From assembly GCA_938084645.1 (NCBI GenBank), contig CALKEP010000025.1, positions 1 through 28,114 of the forward strand: DNA of 28,114 nucleotides, read 5' to 3'. The notes beneath the pieces were generated by a model, which ran no database searches, had not been told where the DNA came from, and was given only the letters and a program-made list of their open reading frames with translations. Below are positions 9,514-18,217 of this stretch, piece by piece. Numbering within the stretch: the stretch's first letter is position 1; the number at the start of each line of letters is the position of its first letter. The position numbers and the translations under genes were made by a program. Source of the DNA: an uncultured Phycisphaerales bacterium (GTDB lineage: Bacteria > Planctomycetota > Phycisphaerae > Phycisphaerales > SM1A02).

Positions 9514-10694
9514 GGCGCATGCGGATGACGCGTTCGTTCCACCCGACGCGCCGTTGGGTGGCGTCGATGGTGGCGCTCCTCGGCCTCGCGTCGGGAGCCG
9601 CTCTTTCGGGCTGCGAATCCCGATCAACGCAGCCGGTGGTCGCCTACATCTCGGTCGACGAGCAGATCGCGAGGCCGGTTCTGGCGGCGTTCACGGCACG
9701 CACCGGAATTCCCGTCAAGCCCCTCTTCGACACCGAGGCCACGAAGACGACCGCACTGGCGAGCCGTCTGCGTCGTGAAGCGGGTCGCCCGAGAGCGGAT
9801 CTCTTCTGGAGCTCGGCGCCCTTCGAGGTGGAACGGCTCGCGACCGAGGAGATCCTCGTTCCCGCAGTCCATCCGCAACTCGATGCCCACCCCGTCCGCT
9901 GGCGTCGGCCCGACGGTCGATGGTTCGCGTTCGCGGGTCGGGCGCGAGTGATCGTGTACGACCCGGAGGTGCTCGCTCCCTCCGAGGCGCCGACGCGGTG
10001 GACCGCGCTGGTCGAACCCAGGTTCCGGGATCGCGTCGTGATGGCGGATCCCCGCTTCGGCACGACGCGCGGGCACCTGGGGGCGATGTCCGTCTTCTGG
10101 AACCGGACCGCGATGCCCGGGTACTTCGACGCATGGCTCGACGGCCTCGCCGAGAACGGGGTGCGGATGCTCCCCGGTGGAAATGCAGCCACGGTGGACG
10201 CGGTGGTTCGCGGTGAGGCGCTCGTGGGGATGACCGACACCGATGATGTCGTGGCGGCGCAGCGCCGCGGATTGCGGGTGGCGGCATCGATCCCTCGACA
10301 CGGGCTGCCGGGAGAGAAGAATGCCGGCACGCTCGTCATTCCGAACGCGGCGGGGCTCGTCGGTGGTGGACCCAACCCCGACGGCGCGACCCGTCTTCTC
10401 GCGTTTCTCGCCTCCGAAGAAGTCGAGCGGATGCTGTATGAGTCCGCCTCGCGCAACCTTCCGCTGGCGCATCCGACGATCGAGATCGATCCGACGTTGC
10501 GGGTGGAGGAACCGCTTGCGGTGGCGATCCCCGAAGTCGCGACGGCGATGGATGCCGCAGTGGATCGAGCGATGCGACGACTCGATCCCGAGCGGATCCG
10601 ACGGCTTCGGGCGCCCGGGCCCGGTCGCTCGATCGGCGGCGCAGACCCATACGACGCGTCGGAAGGCGTCTCCGAGACGGGGCCCGATTCTTGA
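9510..10694 (+). CDS. ABC-type extracellular solute-binding lipoprotein (AfuA/FbpA-like fold)
   Basis: Lipobox LSGC, FTARTGIPV, DTEATKT, RPRADLFWS, RARVIVYD, MADPRFGTT, TDTDD and TLVIPN. GTGA overlap with the upstream stop; the start could also be ATG 9519 or 9525. Confidence 0.88.
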   Translation: MRRMRMTRSFHPTRRWVASMVALLGLASGAALSGCESRSTQPVVAYISVDEQIARPVLAAFTARTGIPVKPLFDTEATKTTALASRLRREAGRPRADLFWSSAPFEVERLATEEILVPAVHPQLDAHPVRWRRPDGRWFAFAGRARVIVYDPEVLAPSEAPTRWTALVEPRFRDRVVMADPRFGTTRGHLGAMSVFWNRTAMPGYFDAWLDGLAENGVRMLPGGNAATVDAVVRGEALVGMTDTDDVVAAQRRGLRVAASIPRHGLPGEKNAGTLVIPNAAGLVGGGPNPDGATRLLAFLASEEVERMLYESASRNLPLAHPTIEIDPTLRVEEPLAVAIPEVATAMDAAVDRAMRRLDPERIRRLRAPGPGRSIGGADPYDASEGVSETGPDS

Positions 10695-13138
10695 TCCGCG
10701 GCCTTCGATGGCTGGCGACGATCTGGTGCGGCCTGGTGATCGTGCTGCTCGTGCCGACGCTGGTGGTTCCGGGCGCGATCGCGGTCGCCGGAGCGGCCAC
10801 GTCGCCTGCGGAGATGGGATTCGACCCGGGACGGGTGATCGTCGTCTCGGCCACCTGGTCGGCGGGCATCGCGACGCTCGCCGTGCTTCTCGGCTGGGGG
10901 CCCGGACGGTTCCTGGCAAGATCCGGAGCGCGTTGGGCGATGCTCGCGAGTCTGGTGCCGTTGGTGGTGCCGCCTTCACTCTTCTTCGACGCCTGGTGGC
11001 TCGAGACCGGGCCCGACGGCCCGATCGGTCGGGCCGCGGCGGTCGCCGGTGCGGTCCCGCGGCTGCGGGCGGCGGTGCTCGCGGTCGGACTGGCCTGCGT
11101 GGCCTGGCCGATCGTCGCCTGGTGCGTCGCGATCCGCGGTGTCGGACGTGACGATCAACTGTTGGAGCTCGATCGGCCTCGCCTTCGGGATCGTCTTCGG
11201 GCGTCTCTTCGCCGGGACTGGAAGGTGCTGCTCCTCGGTTGGTCGATCACCTTCGCATGGGTCGCGTCGTTGACCGTCCCGTTCGACCTCGCGCAGGTCT
11301 CCTCGTGGGGCTTCGAGTTGCGGACCCTCGATGCCCGGGGCGCGACGCCGGCCACCGTGCTGCGAGCCGGTGTGCCGGCCCTGGTGCCCGCGATCATCGC
11401 GGGGATCTTGATCGCCTTCATGACGGGGCGCCGCGACGGGCCGGTCGTCCGCGCCTGCGTCGCCGCCCGGGGCGGCATCTGGATGGTCGTCGTGGTGGTG
11501 TTGCTGGTCCTGCTTCCGCTCGGATTCCTGCTTCGTCGCGCGGCCTCCGCCGACGTCGGCACGACCTTCGAGGTCCACGGGGCGGCGATCGGCAACACCT
11601 TCCTGGTCTTCCTCGTGGCAGGCCTGATCGGCGGCGTGCTGGCCGCGGGAATCGCGGCCATCGGTCGCGATCGACGGGGTCGGACCGTCGCCCGGATCGC
11701 GGTCCTCGGCTTCGCGGTGGTGCTTCTTCTTCCCGCGACGCTCGTCGCGGTCGGCGTCGAGGCGACCTGGAATCACGCGATCGTCGGATGGGTCTACGAC
11801 GCACCCCTCGGGATGCTCCTCGGGGTGACCGGGCGGGTGGGGCTCGTCGCGTGTCTCGTCGGCGTGGTCGTCGGTCGACGGATCCCCCCGGTCTTCGAGG
11901 CGGACGCGCCCCGACGGATGATCGACGTCCTGCGTGGACTCGCGCCGACGCTCCGGCGGGCCTCGATCGTGGGCGGTCTCGCGACCGGCGCGATGGCGGC
12001 GGGCGAGATCCCGGTCACCGCGCGGATCCAGCCTCCGGGCTTTCCCACCGTGACGTCCGCGCTGCTCAACGCGATGCACTACCAGTACGTGGATTCGGTG
12101 CTTCCGGCCGTCTTCGGTCTCGTGGCGCTGGCCCTGGTCGCGGCGGTCCTGCTCGCGTCGCTCGGCGCGGTCCCTCGCCTTCGCGGCGTCGTGGTCCGAG
12201 TGGCGCCGGCGTTCCTCGCGACGCTTCCGATCCTCGTCTTCGGGTGTTCGGACCGCGGGGATGGGGAAGGCGTTCGTCCGGTGCCCTCCGCGGTGGTGTT
12301 CGGACGGGCCGGGAACATCGACGGACGATTCGACTACCCGCGTGCGATCGGGCTCGATGCGGAGCGAGGTCGGATCTACGTGGTGGACAAGACGGCCCGG
12401 GTCCAGCGATTCGATCTCGAGGGGGTGTTCGAGCGATCCTGGGCGATGCCGCGTTCCGAGAACGGGAAGCCCACGGGGGTCACGATCGACGGGGACGGTC
12501 GAGTCGTGGTGGCGGACACCCACGAGCATCGAATCGCGATCTTCTCGCCGGACGGCGAGTTGCTCGAGACGTTCGGCGAGTACGGCGAGGGGCCCGGACA
12601 GTTCATCTATCCGACGGACGTGGCGATCGCCGCCGACGGGACCTGGTTCGTCTCCGAGTACGGGGGCAACGACCGGGTCCAGCTCTTCGATTCGGACCGC
12701 CGCCCCATCGGCTCGATCGGCTTCATGGGACACGACGACGAAGGCGATTCCCCGGGACTGCTTCGGCCCCAGTCGATCGCGTGGGACGACGAGGCGGGGG
12801 AGCTCTACATCGCGGACGCCGTGAATCACCGAATCGTGGTGACGGATCGGGCGGGGAGGATGCGACGGGTGCTGGGGGGCGCGGGTGACGCGCCGGGGCG
12901 GCTCGCCTACCCCTACGGGATCGCGCTCGACGGCGAACGCAGCCTGATCGTGGCGGAGTATGGAAACAATCGAGTCCAGCGACTGGACCGACTCGACGGC
13001 GAATGTCTCGGGGTCTGGGGTGGTGCGGGAATCGAAGCGGGGCGACTTCGGTATCCTTGGGGCGTCGACGCCGGGGGTGGGATGATGGCGGTGCTGGATT
13101 CCGGCAACGATCGAGTCCAGGTCGGAGAACTGCCGTGA
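10691..13138 (+). CDS. Fusion of FbpB-like two-repeat ABC permease and C-terminal NHL-repeat beta-propeller
   Basis: About 12-13 hydrophobic segments with permease motifs (LVPLVVPP, LLLPAT, GEIPVTARIQPPG) up to about aa 518. Then NHL repeats: GRFDYPRAI, GKPTGVTID, GQFIYPTDVAI, LLRPQSIA, LAYPYGIA, LRYPWGV. TTGA overlap with the upstream stop. Confidence 0.85.
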   Translation: MIRGLRWLATIWCGLVIVLLVPTLVVPGAIAVAGAATSPAEMGFDPGRVIVVSATWSAGIATLAVLLGWGPGRFLARSGARWAMLASLVPLVVPPSLFFDAWWLETGPDGPIGRAAAVAGAVPRLRAAVLAVGLACVAWPIVAWCVAIRGVGRDDQLLELDRPRLRDRLRASLRRDWKVLLLGWSITFAWVASLTVPFDLAQVSSWGFELRTLDARGATPATVLRAGVPALVPAIIAGILIAFMTGRRDGPVVRACVAARGGIWMVVVVVLLVLLPLGFLLRRAASADVGTTFEVHGAAIGNTFLVFLVAGLIGGVLAAGIAAIGRDRRGRTVARIAVLGFAVVLLLPATLVAVGVEATWNHAIVGWVYDAPLGMLLGVTGRVGLVACLVGVVVGRRIPPVFEADAPRRMIDVLRGLAPTLRRASIVGGLATGAMAAGEIPVTARIQPPGFPTVTSALLNAMHYQYVDSVLPAVFGLVALALVAAVLLASLGAVPRLRGVVVRVAPAFLATLPILVFGCSDRGDGEGVRPVPSAVVFGRAGNIDGRFDYPRAIGLDAERGRIYVVDKTARVQRFDLEGVFERSWAMPRSENGKPTGVTIDGDGRVVVADTHEHRIAIFSPDGELLETFGEYGEGPGQFIYPTDVAIAADGTWFVSEYGGNDRVQLFDSDRRPIGSIGFMGHDDEGDSPGLLRPQSIAWDDEAGELYIADAVNHRIVVTDRAGRMRRVLGGAGDAPGRLAYPYGIALDGERSLIVAEYGNNRVQRLDRLDGECLGVWGGAGIEAGRLRYPWGVDAGGGMMAVLDSGNDRVQVGELP

Positions 13139-13186
13139 CGGACCGACCGTGGACCCGACACCACCGATTTCCAGGAGCCCTCTGGC

Positions 13187-16183
13187 ATGTTCGCTGACCT
13201 GCCCATCCAATTCGAGCATCCGGTGATGCTGCTGGTGCTCCTGTTGATCGTGCCGATCATCCTGCTCGCCCGGATGGGTGCGGCGGGTCAGGGACGGGGC
13301 AAGCTCATCGGCTCCGTCGTGGTCCGCACGATCCTGATCCTCCTGCTCGCGGTCTCGCTCGCCCGTCCGTCGGTCGTCGATCGAGGCGAGAGCGTGACGC
13401 TCATGGTCATCGCGGACGTGAGTCGGTCGATCCCACGGGAACTTCAACGGCAGAGTGGTCGCTTCCTCGAACGCGTGGCCGATGCCAAGCGCAACGAGGA
13501 GGATCGGATCGGGGTGGTCACGGTCGCCGAGGAGTCGGAGATCCGCCAGACGCCCGACATGAACGCGGTGATCCAGCTCGATCACGCCGGGGACCTCGCG
13601 GCGACGGATCTCGCGGGGGCGATGCGCACCGCGATCTCACTGCTTCCGACCGATACCGCGAATCGGATCCTGCTCGTCTCCGACGGCAACGAGACCGAGT
13701 CGAACCTCCTGGAAGCGGTGGAGCTCGCGCGGGCCAACGACATCCCGGTGGACGTGCTCCCCATCGAATACGAGTACGGAAGCGAAATCGTCTTCGAGCA
13801 GCTGCGGGCGCCGAATCGCGCGAGGATCGGGCAGTCCGTGGATCTCCGGGCGTTCCTGCGTTCGTCGTCCGAGACGACCGGGGTGCTCCGAGTGTTTCAG
13901 AACGACGCGTTGATCGATCTCGATCCGGGTTCGACCGCCGACGGGATCCGCATCGAGCTCGAGCCGGGATCGAACACCGTTTCGATTCCGGTCACCCTCG
14001 AGTCCGGCGGCGCCCAGCGTTTTCGTGCCGAATTCTCGCCCGACGATCCCGACTCGGATGCGATCCTCGAGAACAACGTCTACGAGTCGGTGACCTTCGT
14101 CGCGTCCGACGGCCGCGCGCTGGTGATCGACGAAGGCGGGACCGAGACCACGGCGCTGGTGTCCGCCCTGCGGACCGGCGGCGTCGAGGTCGTCGTCGAA
14201 CCGCCGTCGAGCCTGCTCGGCGGCATCGCGTACCTCAACGGTTTCGACACCGTGATCCTCGCCAACGTTCCGCGATGGTCGATCGATCAGGACGCGGACC
14301 GAAGCCTCCGCTCCTACGTCCACGATCTCGGCGGCGGACTCGTGATGATCGGTGGGGACGAGGGCTTCGGTGCCGGGGGCTGGATCGAATCCGAGACGGC
14401 CAAGGTGCTGCCGGTCCGACTCGATCCGCCGCAGGAGCGGCAGATGGTTCGCGGTGCGCTCGCCCTGATCATGCACTCCTGCGAAATGGCGAAGGGGAAC
14501 TACTGGGGGCAGCAGACCGCGATCGCGGCGATCGACGCCCTCAGCAGCCTCGACTACGTCGGCATCGTGACCTTCAACTGGGGCCAGGGTGGTCAGGGCA
14601 TCAACGGCTGCTCGTGGGCCTTTCCGATGCAACCCGCCGGCGACAAGTCCGCGGCGATCGCCGCGGCGAAGAAGATGGTCATCGGCGACATGCCCGACTT
14701 CGGCGCCTCCATGACGCTCTCGCGTCAGGGACTGAACGGGGTGAACGCGGGGCAGAAGCACGTCATCATCATCTCGGACGGTGATGCGGTGCCGCCCAGC
14801 AAGACCTTGCTCGACCAATACGTCGCCGATGGCATCACCGTCACCACGGTGATGGTCGGCGGGCACGGCACCCCCAAGGACCGCGAGAACATGCAGGGGG
14901 TCGCCGAGTTCACCGGCGGGACCTTCTACAACGTCACCAATCCGAAGATGCTTCCGAAGATCTTCATCAAGGAGGCGACGCTGGTCACCCGGACGCTTCT
15001 GATGGAGGGCGACTTCCGGCCGTCCGTCGCTCCGACCCTCGACGGTCCCACCCGTGGGGTCGGATCGGTGCCGGGCATCGGTGGTTTCGTGCTCACCGTC
15101 CCGAAGGAGGGGCTCGTGAAGATCCCCATGGTGGTTCCGACGGAGGAAGGCGAGGATCCTCTCCTCGCCTACTGGAACTACGGGCTCGGCAAGAGCGTGG
15201 CCTTCACCAGCGATGCCGGAGGGCGATGGAGCACGACCTGGCCGGCCTGGGGTGGATTCCAGCCGTTCTGGGAGCAGATCGTCCGCTGGTCGATGCGTCC
15301 CTCTTCGCCGCCGAACCTCATGATTCGCGCCAGCACCGGCGAGAACGGGCGCGCGGTGGTCGAGGTCGAGGCGATGGCCGCCGACGGCGGAATGGCGAAC
15401 TTCCTTCAGGGACAGGCCCGGGTCATCGACCCGACGGGCGCTTCGGCCCCGGCGCCGCTGCAGCAGATCGGTCCGGGTCGGTACCGCACCGAATTCGATC
15501 TCGAGAAACAGGGGGCGTACCTCGTCAACGTCCTGTTCCCGGAAGGTGACGGAGAAGCGCGGGCCGCGGCGAGCATCCAGGCCGCGATCAGCGTGCCCTA
15601 CGAACGGGAATTCTCGACCGTCCGGGACAATCGGGCGCTTCTGGAGTCGATCGCGGCGAAGACCGGCGGCACCGTGTTCGATCCCTCCACCGATTTCGAG
15701 ATCGTCGACCCCTTCGATCGGGCGGGACTGGACATGCCGTCCTCGCCGACCCGGATCTGGGATCTTCTGGTGGTGGTCGCCGCCGGACTCTTCGTCGTCG
15801 ACGTCGCGGTGCGACGGCTCACCTTCGATTCGCGGGCGGCCCGCGAGGCGGCGACGAAGGCCATGGCGCGCGGGACCAGCACCGCGGATTCGACCGTCGA
15901 AGCCTGGAAGACGGCGCGGAAGCGTGCCGGTCGCGGCCGCCGGGGTGCATCGGATGCCGCGACGCGGTTCGAAGCCGACGAGACCGTCGACGGGAACTTC
16001 TCCGTGAGCGACGACCTTTCGACCGCCGAGCGGACGAACGACGGGACCCGCCCGCCTCGACGAGAACGCTCGAATGAAGCGTCGACGACGTCGGACGAGG
16101 AGGCGGAGGACATGACCAGTCGGCTGCTTCGGGCCAAACGACGGGCCCGGGGTGGCGGAGACGACGGAGCCACCGATGGGTGA
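13187..16183 (+). CDS. Large membrane-anchored double-vWA protein with GATase1-like domain
   Basis: BatA-like N-terminal TM pair (FEHP, VSLARP), vWA1 with DVSRS MIDAS and LVSDGNET, Ig-like region, GATase1-like DTVILANVP..GGGLVMIGG, a second vWA (HSCEM, IISDG), GLGKSVAFTSD and a C-terminal TM ending DVAVRRL. Confidence 0.88.
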   Translation: MFADLPIQFEHPVMLLVLLLIVPIILLARMGAAGQGRGKLIGSVVVRTILILLLAVSLARPSVVDRGESVTLMVIADVSRSIPRELQRQSGRFLERVADAKRNEEDRIGVVTVAEESEIRQTPDMNAVIQLDHAGDLAATDLAGAMRTAISLLPTDTANRILLVSDGNETESNLLEAVELARANDIPVDVLPIEYEYGSEIVFEQLRAPNRARIGQSVDLRAFLRSSSETTGVLRVFQNDALIDLDPGSTADGIRIELEPGSNTVSIPVTLESGGAQRFRAEFSPDDPDSDAILENNVYESVTFVASDGRALVIDEGGTETTALVSALRTGGVEVVVEPPSSLLGGIAYLNGFDTVILANVPRWSIDQDADRSLRSYVHDLGGGLVMIGGDEGFGAGGWIESETAKVLPVRLDPPQERQMVRGALALIMHSCEMAKGNYWGQQTAIAAIDALSSLDYVGIVTFNWGQGGQGINGCSWAFPMQPAGDKSAAIAAAKKMVIGDMPDFGASMTLSRQGLNGVNAGQKHVIIISDGDAVPPSKTLLDQYVADGITVTTVMVGGHGTPKDRENMQGVAEFTGGTFYNVTNPKMLPKIFIKEATLVTRTLLMEGDFRPSVAPTLDGPTRGVGSVPGIGGFVLTVPKEGLVKIPMVVPTEEGEDPLLAYWNYGLGKSVAFTSDAGGRWSTTWPAWGGFQPFWEQIVRWSMRPSSPPNLMIRASTGENGRAVVEVEAMAADGGMANFLQGQARVIDPTGASAPAPLQQIGPGRYRTEFDLEKQGAYLVNVLFPEGDGEARAAASIQAAISVPYEREFSTVRDNRALLESIAAKTGGTVFDPSTDFEIVDPFDRAGLDMPSSPTRIWDLLVVVAAGLFVVDVAVRRLTFDSRAAREAATKAMARGTSTADSTVEAWKTARKRAGRGRRGASDAATRFEADETVDGNFSVSDDLSTAERTNDGTRPPRRERSNEASTTSDEEAEDMTSRLLRAKRRARGGGDDGATDG

Positions 16184-17261
16184 ATTCGCGGAAGGCATGC
16201 GAACCCGTCTCGACGACGTGGAAACGGTGCAACGGGCCTGTGAACGCTTTCGTGGGGCCTTCGCCGCGCTGCGGGAACGGGTCGGGCTTCGCATCGTGGG
16301 GCAGGAGGCGGTGGTCGATCAGGCCTTGATCGCGCTCTTCGCCGGTGGGCACGTGCTGCTTGAAGGAGTACCCGGGCTCGGGAAGACGCTCCTCGTCAGG
16401 ACCCTCGCGGATTCGCTCGGGCTCGAGTTCAATCGCATCCAGTTCACGCCGGACCTGATGCCCGCGGACGTCACCGGGACCACGATCGTCGTCGAGGACG
16501 GCGTGGGCGGTCGGGCGTTCCGGTTCCGGGAGGGCCCGATCTTCGCGAACATCGTGCTCGCCGACGAAATCAACCGCGCCACGCCGAAGAGTCAGTCCGC
16601 GATGCTCGAGGCGATGCAGGAACGTTCGGTCTCCGTCGGTACCGAGACCCGCCGTCTCCCGGATCCGTTCCTCGTGCTCGCGACCCAGAATCCGATCGAG
16701 CAGGAGGGAACCTTCCCACTGCCAGAGGCGCAACTCGATCGATTCCTGCTCAAGATCACCGTCCCCTACGCGATTCGCGAGGAGCTCACGGAGATCATCC
16801 GGCGGACCACGGTCCCGGGGGAGGTCGAGGTCACGCCGGTCCTCGACGCCGAAGACGTGCTCGCGGGACGAGCGCTCGCACGCCGGATCGTGATCGCCGA
16901 TTCCGTCAAGGACTATGCCATTCGACTGGTCCTCGCGACCCATCCCGATGGGGAGTTCGAGATTCCCGAGTTCCGGCACTACATCCGCATCGGTGCGAGT
17001 CCTCGGGCGGCCCAGGCCCTGGTGGCCACGGCCAAGGTCGTGGCCCTCATGGACGGACGGTACGCGGCAAGTCTCGACGACGTGCGGCGGGTCGCGCTTC
17101 CGGCGCTCCGGCATCGCCTGGTCCGGACCTTCGAAGCGGAGGCGGACGGTGTCGACGCGGACGAGATCGTGTGCGGCGTGCTCGAGCGGGTGCCGGCGGA
17201 CGCCGACCATCCGGAGGACGGGCCACCGGCCGGCGCGGTCTTCGCGGGAGGAACGCGATGA
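16176..17261 (+). CDS. moxR: MoxR family AAA+ ATPase
   Basis: IVGQ, Walker A GVPGLGKT, RIQFTPDLMPAD, Walker B LADEINRA, ATQNPIEQEGTFPLPEAQLDRF and GASPRA. Confidence 0.96.
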   Translation: MGEFAEGMRTRLDDVETVQRACERFRGAFAALRERVGLRIVGQEAVVDQALIALFAGGHVLLEGVPGLGKTLLVRTLADSLGLEFNRIQFTPDLMPADVTGTTIVVEDGVGGRAFRFREGPIFANIVLADEINRATPKSQSAMLEAMQERSVSVGTETRRLPDPFLVLATQNPIEQEGTFPLPEAQLDRFLLKITVPYAIREELTEIIRRTTVPGEVEVTPVLDAEDVLAGRALARRIVIADSVKDYAIRLVLATHPDGEFEIPEFRHYIRIGASPRAAQALVATAKVVALMDGRYAASLDDVRRVALPALRHRLVRTFEAEADGVDADEIVCGVLERVPADADHPEDGPPAGAVFAGGTR

Positions 17262-18217
17262 GTCGTTTTCCCGACGGTCCGCCGCCGCGTTCGAGCCGGC
17301 CCACGAAGGTCGATGAACTCATCGACAGTCGCCTCATGGCGCGGCTCGACCACCTCGACGTGGTCAGCCGGAAGATCTTCAACGGACGGGTCCAGGGCGA
17401 ACGCCGAAGCAAGCGGCGAGGCCAGAGCGTCGAGTTCGCGGACTTCCGGCCGTACGTCCACGGGGACGATCTTCGCTTCGTCGACTGGAACATCTACGGA
17501 CGGCTCGATCGACTCTTCCTGAAGATCTTCCTCGAGGAGGAGGATCTCTCGCTCATCGTGGTCGTGGACGGCACCTCCAGCATGCACTGGGGCGATCCTT
17601 CGAAGTTCGAATACGCGCGACGGCTCGCGATGGCCCTGGGCTACATCGGGCTGGTCAACCAGAACCGGGTCTCCCTCGCGGCGTTCGGCGGGCTCGATTC
17701 GGAGGGTGGTCCGGCGGGCCTCCAGCGGATCTCGAATCTTCGGGGTCGTCGAAGGACGCACGAGATGGGGCGGTGGCTTCTCGAGCTCGAGCCCGGTGGC
17801 AACGGTGGGTTCGAGGAGGCGATGCGACGGATCGCCCTCACCCGTCAGGGCCGCGGCGTGATGATCGTGTTGAGCGACTTCCTGCAGAAGGAGGGCTTCG
17901 AGCGCGGGCTTCGATACGTGGCTGGACGCGGCTACGACGTGTTCGCGATGCAGGTGCTCGCGCCGCAGGAGATCGATCCGGGGCGACACGGCATGAGCGG
18001 TGACCTGCGTCTGGTGGATCTGGAGGACGATGACGAAGCGGAAGTGACGGTCAACTCCGCGGTGCTTCGCGGCTACCGGCGGCGACTCGACGCCTATTGC
18101 GGCTCGCTTCGCGACTACTGCATTCGCCGGAGCATCATGCACACCCTGGTCGACACCTCGACCGATCTCGACGCGCTCCTGCTCGACTATCTCCGGAAGC
18201 GAGGTCTGCTTCGATGA
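17258..18217 (+). CDS. DUF58 domain (vWA-like) protein
   Basis: GERRSKRRGQSVEFADFRPYVHGDDLRFVDWN, VDGTSSM and VLSDF. ATGA overlap with moxR. Confidence 0.94.
   Translation: MSRFPDGPPPRSSRPTKVDELIDSRLMARLDHLDVVSRKIFNGRVQGERRSKRRGQSVEFADFRPYVHGDDLRFVDWNIYGRLDRLFLKIFLEEEDLSLIVVVDGTSSMHWGDPSKFEYARRLAMALGYIGLVNQNRVSLAAFGGLDSEGGPAGLQRISNLRGRRRTHEMGRWLLELEPGGNGGFEEAMRRIALTRQGRGVMIVLSDFLQKEGFERGLRYVAGRGYDVFAMQVLAPQEIDPGRHGMSGDLRLVDLEDDDEAEVTVNSAVLRGYRRRLDAYCGSLRDYCIRRSIMHTLVDTSTDLDALLLDYLRKRGLLR

Noticed and set aside
7683..9627. 642-aa and 434-aa minus-strand ORFs
   Set aside because: They mirror the repetitive Glu/Gln codons of the plus-strand gene (Leu/Ser-rich artefacts).
10976..16294. 869-aa and 885-aa minus-strand ORFs
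   Set aside because: Antisense shadows of the permease-NHL and vWA genes, with no recognisable domains.
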